From Pseudomonadales bacterium (GTDB lineage: Bacteria; Pseudomonadota; Gammaproteobacteria; Pseudomonadales; Pseudohongiellaceae): 64,000 bases of DNA. Shown here piece by piece: positions 22,443-33,365 of the stretch. The notes under the pieces were generated by a model. That model was not told the DNA's origin. It saw only the letters and a list, made by a program, of their open reading frames with translations, and made no database searches. The stretch is taken from the NCBI GenBank assembly GCA_023254735.1, contig JALRKV010000023.1, positions 438 through 64,437 of the forward strand. The letters are read 5' to 3'. The translations under genes and the position numbers were made by a program. Every line of letters starts with the position of its first letter. Within the stretch, counting starts at the first letter, position 1.

Positions 22443-23188
22443 CGCACGACCTTTTGATAACGCGGTTCACTATTGCCTCTGGAGTAGGCGAGATCCTCAT
22501 CGAGAGTCCAGCGAGTTTGCTGCCGGTGCTGAGCGCATGAAACTGCAATGCGGGCTAGAAAGTCGCTGCGTTGAATTTGTATTGCACCAAGCGATTCCAG
22601 ATGCGGGTTTGCAACTTGACAATCAATCAGCGCAAAACCCCATCGTCGCAGCTGCTCCACAAGAATCGCGAGGGCAGCCTTTGATGCGTTACTCGCCTTC
22701 GAAAACATGGACTCTCCGAAAAACTGTGACCCGATCGCAACCCCATAGAGTCCGCCAACGAGCGTACTCTCCTGCCAAACCTCAACCGAGTGAGCGAACC
22801 CGAGGTGATGAAGGCGCAGGTAAGCACTCTGCATCTCATGGGTTATCCAAGTGCCGGCATCATCGCTTCGCGGGGCTGCGCAACCTGCAATAACTTGCTC
22901 AAAGGCTGCATCTAGGCTGAAATTGAATTCGCCGCGCCGTATTAACTTTCTTACACTTCTCGACGCCTCGAAGGACTCGATTTCGATGACCATTCTCGGG
23001 TCTGGCGACCACCAAAGAATCGGTTGATCGTCGTCAAACCAAGGGAAAATGCCCTGCCTATAGGCGCTAAGAAGGATTTCTGGTCCGAGTTGGCCGCCGG
23101 CACAGAGAAGTCCGTTTGGTTCGTCGAAGGCCTCAGAGGCCGGCGGGAATACGCCGCCGGTGTCTTCGAGCCAGGGCAATTGTTTCAT
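22439..23188 (-). CDS. aat: leucyl/phenylalanyl-tRNA--protein transferase
   Basis: 249 aa with ...GIFPWF....PILWWSPDPR..., GESMFS motifs. Confidence 0.9.
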   Translation of the reverse strand: MKQLPWLEDTGGVFPPASEAFDEPNGLLCAGGQLGPEILLSAYRQGIFPWFDDDQPILWWSPDPRMVIEIESFEASRSVRKLIRRGEFNFSLDAAFEQVIAGCAAPRSDDAGTWITHEMQSAYLRLHHLGFAHSVEVWQESTLVGGLYGVAIGSQFFGESMFSKASNASKAALAILVEQLRRWGFALIDCQVANPHLESLGAIQIQRSDFLARIAVSCAQHRQQTRWTLDEDLAYSRGNSEPRYQKVVR

Positions 23189-24157
<969 letters not shown>

Positions 24158-24329
24158 TTAAATCAGAGTGGGTTTAAGGCGCATATTCTACTCAATTTTG
24201 CAGCGAGGTAACCGTTAAACCTTACAGGCCGAGCGCATTGTCTAGTCTCGCCTTGCTGTTTGAGCTACAATTTAAATTAGCTTATTCTTATAAATTATTG
24301 AAAATACTTAATATAGATGCCTAAAAGAT

Positions 24330-26672
24330 TTGAAGACTCCAAGTAAATCTGAATTGCAATCAACCGCGCATCCCGCCGTGGCAAGTCTTCTCGCGCGAGT
24401 GATACGAGAAGGGCTACTTATCGCCTATTCGTTATCCGCGATGTTTCTCCTCATTGCCTTGCTCAGCCACTCGCCGAGCGACCCTAGCTGGACGACTGGT
24501 GTTGGCGAGGATGCTGAAATAGCGAATGCCGTAGGTACGTCAGGGGCATGGGTGTCGGATGTTCTGCTACAGGTGTTCGGGCTACTTGCCTACACGCTTC
24601 CGCTATTCTTACTTTACAAAGTTGCTCTTGCGCTTCGCGGGCCTGCGGCTGCGCAGAACCAGCTCATCGTCTGGCCATTGGTCGCGCTCAAGTTCGGCGG
24701 TTTTGGACTTCTGCTGCTCTCTGCCTGCGGGCTCGCGGCATTGCACGTTGAGGCGTCCGATACACTGCCCTCGGCGGGGGGCATCTTAGGCACGCTCGTG
24801 CTCGACTTATCTGTGCCGGTGTTTGCCAATCTTGGGGCTACGCTACTGCTCTTTGCACTCTTTCTTTTTGGTCTCACAGTCACGGTCGAAATTTCCTGGC
24901 TCGGCGTCATAGATCGGCTCGGTGAGTGGACGCTAACGGGCTCTAGTCTAACAGCTCAGAAGTTTTCTGCATGGATTAGGGCGCGCAAACAGTCCGCCGA
25001 GACTAGGGAGCGGTTAACCGTTCGCAAGAAAGCGATAGATATTCATGTCGAGAAACAAAAGAAGCGAGTGCCTCCAACAATCAAGATCGACCCGCCGAAG
25101 CCACCAGAGCGCAGTAAGCGGGTGGAGCAAGAGAGGCAGGGGTCCCTGTTTGCAGACATTGGCGCAGGCGAATTGCCGCAAATAGGCTTGCTTGACGCGT
25201 GGCAAGAGACAAACGAGTCGGGCTTTTCGAAAGAATCTTTGGAACTGATGTCACGGTTGCTCGAAAGCAAGCTCAAAGACTTCGGCATCGATATCGAGGT
25301 TACCGCGGTGAATCCCGGTCCTGTGATCACGCGCTTCGAAGTACAACCCGCACCAGGAATCAAGGTCAGTCGAATCAGTAATCTTGTCAAAGACCTTGCA
25401 AGGTCGCTAGCCATCGTCTCAGTGCGAGTTGTGGAGGTCATTCCGGGCAAGACCGTAATCGGTATCGAAATCCCTAATGAAAAGCGCGAAATCATTCAGC
25501 TGAGTCAGGTGTTATCCACGCCTGAGTTTGACAAAGCGAGCTCACCTCTGAGCATGGCGTTGGGCCATGACATCGGCGGCAAACCGGTAATCGTGGATCT
25601 TGCTAAGATGCCTCATCTTCTGGTCGCGGGTACTACAGGTTCCGGTAAATCGGTTGGCATTAACGCCATGATTCTGAGCCTGCTCTTTAAATCAACGCCA
25701 GATCAAGTTCGCGTGATTATGATAGACCCCAAAATGCTCGAGCTCTCTGTCTACGACGGGATACCGCATCTCCTCACGCCGGTTATTACGGACATGAAGG
25801 ATGCTGCCAATGGACTGCGCTGGTGCGTGGCGGAGATGGAGCGCCGCTATAAACTGATGTCTGCGCTCGGCGTTCGCAATCTCGCTGGCTATAACAAGAA
25901 GGTGATCGACGCAAAAAAAGCAGGGACACCGATACTCGACCCGCTCTGGCGACACGATCCGATGCTGCTCGATGAAGAGCAATCAGCGAGCGAGCTTGAG
26001 GCGCTTCCGAGTATTGTGGTGATTGTCGACGAACTCGCCGATATGATGATGGTTGTTGGCAAGAAAGTTGAAGAGCTTATCGCTCGCATCGCGCAAAAAG
26101 CGCGCGCTGCGGGTATCCACCTCGTGCTTGCGACGCAGCGTCCGTCGGTCGATGTGCTTACCGGATTAATCAAGGCCAATATTCCCACTCGTTTATCGTT
26201 CATGGTGCAGTCTAAGGTCGATTCGCGAACAATTTTAGGAGAAGGCGGGGCGGAGCAGTTATTGGGCCACGGTGACATGTTGTTCCTCCCGCCCGGTGGC
26301 GGCGTGCCCACGCGAGTACACGGCGCATTCGTTAGCGACGATGAGGTGCACCGAGTGGTAGCAGACTGGAAGTCTCGTGCAAAGCCGGTGTACATCGATT
26401 CGATTACCGCGGGTAGCGATGATTTTGATATGGGCGCGATGGGCGGAGGCGGGGGAGAGTCTTCCGAGGAGGATGATTCGCTCTACGATGAGGCGGTCGC
26501 GTTTGTCACTGAAACCCGTAAGGCATCAATTTCGTCCGTGCAGCGCAAGCTCCGGATCGGCTACAACCGCGCAGCGCGTATGATCGAGACGATGGAGGCC
26601 GCGGGGGTCGTTTCGTCGATGGGCAGCAATGGTCAGCGTGAGGTTTTAGCGCCTCCGGCACCAAGAAGCTAG
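24330..26672 (+). CDS. ftsK: DNA translocase FtsK
   Basis: 780 aa with an N-terminal membrane domain, the motor Walker [10 protein letters not shown] and a C-terminal gamma winged helix (...[22 protein letters not shown]...). The TTG start is uncertain. Confidence 0.9.
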   Translation: MKTPSKSELQSTAHPAVASLLARVIREGLLIAYSLSAMFLLIALLSHSPSDPSWTTGVGEDAEIANAVGTSGAWVSDVLLQVFGLLAYTLPLFLLYKVALALRGPAAAQNQLIVWPLVALKFGGFGLLLLSACGLAALHVEASDTLPSAGGILGTLVLDLSVPVFANLGATLLLFALFLFGLTVTVEISWLGVIDRLGEWTLTGSSLTAQKFSAWIRARKQSAETRERLTVRKKAIDIHVEKQKKRVPPTIKIDPPKPPERSKRVEQERQGSLFADIGAGELPQIGLLDAWQETNESGFSKESLELMSRLLESKLKDFGIDIEVTAVNPGPVITRFEVQPAPGIKVSRISNLVKDLARSLAIVSVRVVEVIPGKTVIGIEIPNEKREIIQLSQVLSTPEFDKASSPLSMALGHDIGGKPVIVDLAKMPHLLVAGTTGSGKSVGINAMILSLLFKSTPDQVRVIMIDPKMLELSVYDGIPHLLTPVITDMKDAANGLRWCVAEMERRYKLMSALGVRNLAGYNKKVIDAKKAGTPILDPLWRHDPMLLDEEQSASELEALPSIVVIVDELADMMMVVGKKVEELIARIAQKARAAGIHLVLATQRPSVDVLTGLIKANIPTRLSFMVQSKVDSRTILGEGGAEQLLGHGDMLFLPPGGGVPTRVHGAFVSDDEVHRVVADWKSRAKPVYIDSITAGSDDFDMGAMGGGGGESSEEDDSLYDEAVAFVTETRKASISSVQRKLRIGYNRAARMIETMEAAGVVSSMGSNGQREVLAPPAPRS

Positions 26673-26713
26673 GGTTTATTAACTAAGGTTTACTAGTGAA
26701 GGTTGAATAGCGA

Positions 26714-27382
26714 ATGCTTCTAATGTGCTCATCCAGACTAATCGCGGTTCGCGTGCTGTTGCTTCCGCTGTTATTTGGATGGCTAACCAGTGTTCAGGGC
26801 GCGCAGCAGACACCGATCGAGTCGCTCGATGCGAACCTTGCTGGCATGATGTCCTTAAGCGCAGATGTTGAGCAACTCATCATTGAGGCGGATGGTGGAA
26901 TACTCGAAGAATCCTTGATTCGTATGCGATTAAAACGGCCTGACGGCTTTTACTGGGAGACAGTTGAGCCCTTCGCTGAGCTTCTTGTGACTAACGGCGT
27001 TTGGCTGTGGAGTTATCAGCCTGATCTCGAGCAAGTGGTCATTGAGCCGTGGGATAAAGATGAATCAGAGCTTGCGGCACAGCTGCTGAGCGGCGACACC
27101 GGCGGGCTTTCCGCGGAATATGACATAGCGTCATTGGTGAGCGAATCGCGCGAAGTTAGCGAGTTTGTCCTAACTCCTCGCGCTAGCACGAATATCAATC
27201 GCCGAATTAGTTTGAGTTTTATTTCGTCACGACTGGATAGTATTGTCGTCGAGTCACGCAATGGACAGCGCACTGTCTGGCGCTTCGTCAATGTAGTGCT
27301 TAATCCGCAAATCGATGACGAGGTTTTCCAGTTTGAAATACCTGAAGGCATCGAAGTGATTGAGAACAACTATGGTCAGTAG
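26714..27382 (+). CDS. lolA: outer-membrane lipoprotein carrier LolA
   Basis: 222 aa with a signal peptide. It holds the conserved position after ftsK and has LolA-like length and beta-rich sequence. Confidence 0.8.
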   Translation: MLLMCSSRLIAVRVLLLPLLFGWLTSVQGAQQTPIESLDANLAGMMSLSADVEQLIIEADGGILEESLIRMRLKRPDGFYWETVEPFAELLVTNGVWLWSYQPDLEQVVIEPWDKDESELAAQLLSGDTGGLSAEYDIASLVSESREVSEFVLTPRASTNINRRISLSFISSRLDSIVVESRNGQRTVWRFVNVVLNPQIDDEVFQFEIPEGIEVIENNYGQ

Positions 27383-27454
27383 CAGGGTCGGTTTTTGCTT
27401 ATTGGCGAAGGACAGCACGCCAGGGCGATTTTATTGCCAGGCGAATACCAAATT

Positions 27455-27832
27455 ATGAATGCTTTCCTCGCAGTCGCAATCGGAGGGGCCTTGGGTGCGC
27501 TGTCTCGCTATTCATTCGGGCTTATTGTAGTCGGTCTCCTCGATAATCGCCTGCCTTGGGCTACCCTTGGTGTAAATGTTGTCGGTTCGTTCTGCATTGG
27601 TATTGCGGCGATAGCGATCGGCGACCGTGTCATCGAAGGCGAGTTTTGGCGCCTGCTTCTGGTTGTCGGTTTTCTTGGTGCCTTTACGACATTTTCCGCA
27701 TTCTCCCTCGAGACGCTTCTGTTACTGCAGCAGGGCAATTACAATATCGCGCTGGCGTACGCGATGGGCAGTGTAGCACTCTGCCTTGGCGCGACCTTCG
27801 CCGGCATGCAGTTAGCGAAGACTTTCGTGTAG
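27455..27832 (+). CDS. crcB: fluoride channel CrcB/FluC
   Basis: From the ATG at 27455, MNAFLAVAIGGALGALSRY... with the GF.GAFTTFS motif. It is about 125 aa and four TM, typical of CrcB. Confidence 0.85.
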   Translation: MNAFLAVAIGGALGALSRYSFGLIVVGLLDNRLPWATLGVNVVGSFCIGIAAIAIGDRVIEGEFWRLLLVVGFLGAFTTFSAFSLETLLLLQQGNYNIALAYAMGSVALCLGATFAGMQLAKTFV

Positions 27833-27858
27833 CTGAACGACTTATTCTTTCCCCATAG

Positions 27859-29144
<1,286 letters not shown>

Positions 29145-29145
<1 letters not shown>

Positions 29146-30524
29146 TGGAGCGGCTGCCGCTTTTCCTCGACGTAAAGGGTAAACGCTGCGTTGTTGTCGG
29201 AGGCGGGGAAGTTGCGTTTCGTAAGGCAACGCTTCTCGCCCGAGCTGGGGCAAAACTTCATGTAGTCGCTCCCAAATTAGACGACGAAATGGCGTTGCTG
29301 TGTCAGCGCGAAGGCGCGCTTGTTTGCCCGATTGAGTTTCAGCCTTGCTGCCTCGCGTCGGCAACGCTCGTCATTGCGGCTACCGATTCCCTAGATGTGA
29401 ACAAGGCAGTGAGTGATGCTGCAAAGGCGCTGTCGATTCCGGTGAATGTCGTTGATCAGCCGGCTCTTTGCACCTTTATCGTGCCCGCTATCGTTGATCG
29501 CAGTCCGATTCTCGTTGCTATTTCGAGCGGGGGCGCCTCGCCAATCCTTGCCAGATCTATCAAGCGACTAATCGAAACGCTTCTGCCCGCGCGCGTCGAT
29601 AGACTGGCGATTCTTCTTCGGCAATTAAGAGATGCCATCAAGGAGAAAATTCGCGGCTTTGAAGATCGAACTCGATTCTGGGAGAAAATACTCGAAGGCG
29701 ACATTCCAGAGCTTGTCTATGCGGGTAAAGAGGACGAGGCAAAGGAGCGGATACTGGACGAAGCGGAGAGAGCATCCGGCGCGAGGGGAGAGGTTTATCT
29801 CGTGGGTGCAGGGCCGGGCGATCCCGAGCTATTAACGCTAAAAGCCCTCAGACTTATGCATAAAGCCGATGTGGTGCTCTTCGATAGATTAGTGAGCGAA
29901 TCGATCTTATTAAAATTAAGACCCGATGCGGAAAAAATTTTCGTCGGCAAGCAGAAAGCAGATCACGCAGTCCCTCAAGAAACAATTAACCAAATGCTCG
30001 TGCGCTTGGCGCATGAGGGCAAAAAAGTGTTGCGTCTAAAAGGCGGCGATCCCTTTATTTTTGGCCGCGGCGGTGAAGAGATTGAGTCTCTTGCCGCGGC
30101 AGGCGTTGCCTTTCAGGTGGTGCCCGGGATTACCGCTGCCTCCGGTTGTGCAACCTATGCGGGGATTCCGTTGACCCACAGGGATTACTCGCAGTCTGTG
30201 CGCTTTCTGACAGGGCACATCAGAGAGGGCGGAGTGCCTCTTGATTGGGCGATGCTCGCAGGCGAACAGCAAACGCTCGCGTTCTATATGGGGCTCAGTG
30301 GCCTAGAGATAATCTGTGAAGAACTGCTTGCCCACGGCATGGATCCGTCTATGCCCGTTGCTGTCATCGAGCAGGGAACCACTCGTAAGCAGAAGGTTAG
30401 CGTAGGCAATCTTGTGTCGATTCGAGAGCAAATCCTCGTCGACGAAATTAAACCACCGACACTCATTATCGTCGGCCGAGTGGTGTCGTTACGCGAAAAA
30501 CTCGATTGGTTTGGTGTCAGCTAG
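29145..30524 (+). CDS. cysG: siroheme synthase (multifunctional CysG)
   Basis: 459 aa with a GTG start sharing one nucleotide with the serS stop (TAGTG). The N-terminal precorrin-2 dehydrogenase domain (VVGGGEVA) is followed by a SUMT domain (VYLVGAGPGDPELLT). Confidence 0.9.
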
Positions 30525-30527
30525 GGT

Positions 30528-30887
30528 CTAGAGGCAGTTTTCAGGTTTGGGTAGTCCAGCAACCTTTGCGGCAGTTTTGGCGGGGCTGCCGCCGAATAGG
30601 CCCATTAAATACCGGCTTTGGCCTTTGTCAGCGCCGAGCTCTCGCCTGACGAGACTTACTAGCGCGCGGTTGGCTGGTGCAATCTGGTGGGACTGATAAA
30701 ACGCGCGAAGCAGATGTATCACCTCCCACTGTGCCTCTTCGAGGTTTATGTTTTCGTTCTTGGCCAGAAGTGCGGCTACTGACTCATCCCAGTCGGACAG
30801 GTGTTTAAGAAAACCCTCCGCGTCAAGCCTGAGGTTTCTCTCCGCCAGCCGCGCGCGCGAGGTATCTGTGTCCGAGCGACTCATCAT
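30528..30887 (-). CDS. tusE: sulfurtransferase TusE (DsrC family, single C-terminal Cys)
   Basis: 119 aa with the DsrC/TusE fold signature ...W.E.VA..LA....I.L...HWEVI..LR.FY... and C-terminal ...GLPKPENCL. Confidence 0.75.
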   Translation of the reverse strand: MMSRSDTDTSRARLAERNLRLDAEGFLKHLSDWDESVAALLAKNENINLEEAQWEVIHLLRAFYQSHQIAPANRALVSLVRRELGADKGQSRYLMGLFGGSPAKTAAKVAGLPKPENCL

Positions 30888-30889
30888 GC

Positions 30890-31192
30890 TTAATACCAGC
30901 TTACGCTCCGCGGCAGTCGAGCGCTAAGCGCTACAAACCCTCGCGTGTCCACGGCCTGCATTCCCTCTAACACTTCGATGCCGCGGGCAGCGAGGTCCTC
31001 TTTTAGAAAATAGCATTCCAGATGCCTGAATCTGGGAGCAGATGAAGGTGAGGGCGAGAATTCGGTGCGTGCAAAATAAACTCCGTCCTCGATAAAAATG
31101 AGCACATCCCCTTCGTCTATGACTGCATTCAGCTCGGCGATGCTCGCTGACGTGGGCGCTTTCGCAATAATGTGAAGGCTATTCATGATCAT
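30890..31192 (-). CDS. tusB: sulfur relay protein TusB/DsrH
   Basis: 100 aa. It occupies the DsrH position in a tusD-tusC-tusB-tusE row, and ...GDVLIFIEDGVY... is DsrH-like. Confidence 0.7.
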   Translation of the reverse strand: MIMNSLHIIAKAPTSASIAELNAVIDEGDVLIFIEDGVYFARTEFSPSPSSAPRFRHLECYFLKEDLAARGIEVLEGMQAVDTRGFVALSARLPRSVSWY

Positions 31193-31218
31193 TCCTGTTC
31201 AGTATTCTCGCTTAGCGT

Positions 31219-31596
31219 CTAGAGATTAATGACATACGTAGACTCGGCAATCAACTGCTTGAGCGCGCGCTCTTCGATCAAATTTACTCTGCAAGCGAGC
31301 TGGCTTTCATCGAGTCCACGGCTGTGCAGGGAATCTCGATGCACAAAGATCTCATCGACTCCGTAGAGTTCGAGGGTTTCAAGTGCCGCACCATGGGGCT
31401 TGCTAGAAATCTCCTTAGGATTTTGTCCTGCGACGAGCTGAAATACGCCGTCGCCGATAAAGATATAGTTAAGCGGGCGTTCGAATACCGCTGCGGCGAA
31501 GACGATGTCTAAGGTTTGTCGTGCACCGTCGCCGCCATAGGGCGCGCGCCTCGCAATAATGCTTATCGTCTGCTTGTTCGGTTTGCTGTTATCCAA
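31219..31596 (-). CDS. tusC: sulfur relay protein TusC/DsrF
   Basis: 125 aa and DsrE/F-like (...RRAPYGG...). There is an 8-nt overlap with tusD. Confidence 0.75.
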   Translation of the reverse strand: MDNSKPNKQTISIIARRAPYGGDGARQTLDIVFAAAVFERPLNYIFIGDGVFQLVAGQNPKEISSKPHGAALETLELYGVDEIFVHRDSLHSRGLDESQLACRVNLIEERALKQLIAESTYVINL

Positions 31597-32017
31597 AACT
31601 TAGCATCCTATCGGAATTGCTCATTGCTTCTATCAACTGTCCGAGTCCGCCAATCTCACTGCTCGTGTAGCAGCTGGTTGCGGAGAGCTCATGACGCTGC
31701 GCCTCCGCAGCATCGACAATACCGCGGCGAATCGCCGAAGACACACAGACAACAGAGGCTAAATCGTTTGCCTCAATCAAAGCATGCCATGCGGCTGGAA
31801 TGTTTATCTCGTCCTGCGGCATTACGGTGAGTCGCGAGGCGTTCAATACGCCATCACCATAGAAGAAGAGGCGCTCGATGTGGTGCCCCATCTGCAAAAG
31901 GGACTCCGCAAACCTCAGCGCCGTCTTCGCCGCTTGGCTCGATTGGGGAGCAGCGTTAATAAGTAGGGTATAGCGCAGTGCGTGCGCGGCTCTAGGCGTG
32001 TCGTCGAGGGAAGTCAT
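31589..32017 (-). CDS. tusD: sulfurtransferase TusD/DsrE
   Basis: 142 aa with the DsrE fold and a conserved Cys in ...VCVSSAIRRGI... Confidence 0.8.
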   Translation of the reverse strand: MTSLDDTPRAAHALRYTLLINAAPQSSQAAKTALRFAESLLQMGHHIERLFFYGDGVLNASRLTVMPQDEINIPAAWHALIEANDLASVVCVSSAIRRGIVDAAEAQRHELSATSCYTSSEIGGLGQLIEAMSNSDRMLSFG

Positions 32018-32088
32018 GACGCAGAGTGTAGCCGCTCGAGAGTGACTAGGGAAATAGTCACGGGCAATCGATTGCGTGGAAAGACTAA

Positions 32089-32113
32089 TCTGGGACCCTT
32101 CTCGGGTCCCAGA
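32089..32113 (-). terminator. 10-bp GC-rich hairpin downstream of yccA (candidate terminator)
   Basis: tctgggaccc-ttctc-gggtcccaga, flanked by direct AGACTAAT copies. The U-tract is poor in both directions. Confidence 0.4.
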
Positions 32114-32136
32114 CTAATTTTAAGATGCAGGACTCG

Positions 32137-32808
32137 CTATTCGCGGCCGGTGAGTGCAGCTATTAGATTGAGTAAGTGGATGAATAAGTTGAAAATGCTG
32201 AGATAGAGGCTGATCGTAGCCATGATGTAATTGCGTTCGCCCCCGTTCACGATGCGACTTGTGTCATAAAGAATGAATCCTGACATAAGCATGATCACCG
32301 CACCTGAAATCGCCAAGCTCATAGCAGGGATCTGGAAGAAAATATTGGCTATCATCGCGACGAGCATGACCATCATTCCAGTGGCGAGGAATCCACCTAG
32401 GAAATTAAAATTTCGGCCCGTAGTTAAGGCGTAACCCGAAAGTGATAGGAAAATCAGACCAGTTCCGCCAAGCGCTTGTGCAATTATCGCGGCACCGTTC
32501 GAATAGACTGCGAGATATGCTGACAGCGTAGGGCCAAGACCGCCTCCCATGAGACCCGCAAAAACAAAGACTGCCAAGATGCCTTTGCTCGATTCTGCAG
32601 TTGCTCTCACGACAAACGACATAACAAAGCCGCCGATGATCATGAGTAGACCGGCGCCTTGCCCAAACCCTAATGCCATGGTGGCGACAGCACAGAGGGC
32701 ACTAAAGAATAGCGTCATCGAAAGTAGGGTGTAGGTATTACGAACGACTTTATTTACCGAGGCGGCCTGCTGGTCGGCGCGGCTTACGTTGAGATTAAGT
32801 TCATTCAT
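32137..32808 (-). CDS. yccA: Bax-inhibitor-1/YccA-family membrane protein
   Basis: 223 aa and seven TM-like. It has the N-terminal ...VRNTYTLLSMTL... and C-terminal LYLSIFNLFIHLL motifs, and is adjacent to tusE and tRNA-Ser as in E. coli. Confidence 0.85.
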   Translation of the reverse strand: MNELNLNVSRADQQAASVNKVVRNTYTLLSMTLFFSALCAVATMALGFGQGAGLLMIIGGFVMSFVVRATAESSKGILAVFVFAGLMGGGLGPTLSAYLAVYSNGAAIIAQALGGTGLIFLSLSGYALTTGRNFNFLGGFLATGMMVMLVAMIANIFFQIPAMSLAISGAVIMLMSGFILYDTSRIVNGGERNYIMATISLYLSIFNLFIHLLNLIAALTGRE

Positions 32809-32968
32809 CGTGGTATTCCTGTAGTTGGTGCGTTTTGGACATTGCCAAGGGTAATACGAGGATTGCGATAATGCAGTCTTACCTGGATATCGACCTCCTT
32901 GCTTTTATTTATAGAGTCAGTCTAGCAGAGTTTCAAGTAGAAAAGTCGCCATTGCCGCTATTGGCTAT

Positions 32969-32996
32969 TTGACTGCGTGTCAATTTGTAGTAGTAT
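32969..32996 (+). promoter_or_regulatory. candidate sigma-70 promoter of tRNA-Ser
   Basis: TTGACT (32969-32974), a 16-nt spacer and TAGTAT (32991-32996), followed by a GC-rich discriminator (tgcgcc) about 8 nt before the tRNA 5' end. Confidence 0.5.
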
Positions 32997-33010
32997 TTGC
33001 GCCGTGCTGC

Positions 33011-33100
33011 GGAGGGGTGGCAGAGTGGTTGAATGCACTGGTCTTGAAAACCAGCGAAGGTGAAAGCCTTCCGAGAGTTCGAATCTCTCCTCCTCCGCCA
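33011..33100 (+). tRNA. tRNA-Ser (anticodon UGA), CCA encoded
   Basis: Folded by hand. Acceptor GGAGGGG/CTCCTCC (one G-U), anticodon stem CTGGT/ACCAG with loop CTTGAAA, a long variable arm (GAAGG..CCTTC), T-arm GAGAG-TTCGAAT-CTCTC, discriminator G and CCA. Confidence 0.9.
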
Positions 33101-33365
33101 CTTTTTAGAGTATCAAAGTGTCAGAGTGCTTCAGTAATCTTTACACAATTGATATTTTCCCCGCATACTCGCGGATCGTTTCTGACCTTCTAGCGCAGTA
33201 CAAATTTGTAGCGCGCACTTCATTCAAACCTTACTAGCCTGATCCTGAATAACTGTCGGAAAGTTTTGAATTCGGCCGCTTTACGTTTGCGCCGCAAGTA
33301 CTTTGAGACTCCCACCATGATGAGCCGAATTCGATCGTCTGCGGATTCTCCGCGGGCGTTAATTT

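Noticed and set aside
24256-24271. LexA/SOS box upstream of ftsK (CTGTTTGAGCTACAAT)
   Set aside because: Only the CTGT half matches. The second half reads CAAT or AAT where ACAG/CAG is required at either CTGT-N8-ACAG or CTG-N10-CAG spacing.
27383-27454. Possible fluoride (crcB-motif) riboswitch in the crcB leader
   Set aside because: The leader has GGCGAAGG...CGCC and a second GGCGAA copy. It lacks the conserved AAC(C/U)GCC and GCUGAUGAUGCCUAC-like elements I recall from the consensus, and at 72 nt it leaves little room for an expression platform. An Infernal scan is needed to be certain.
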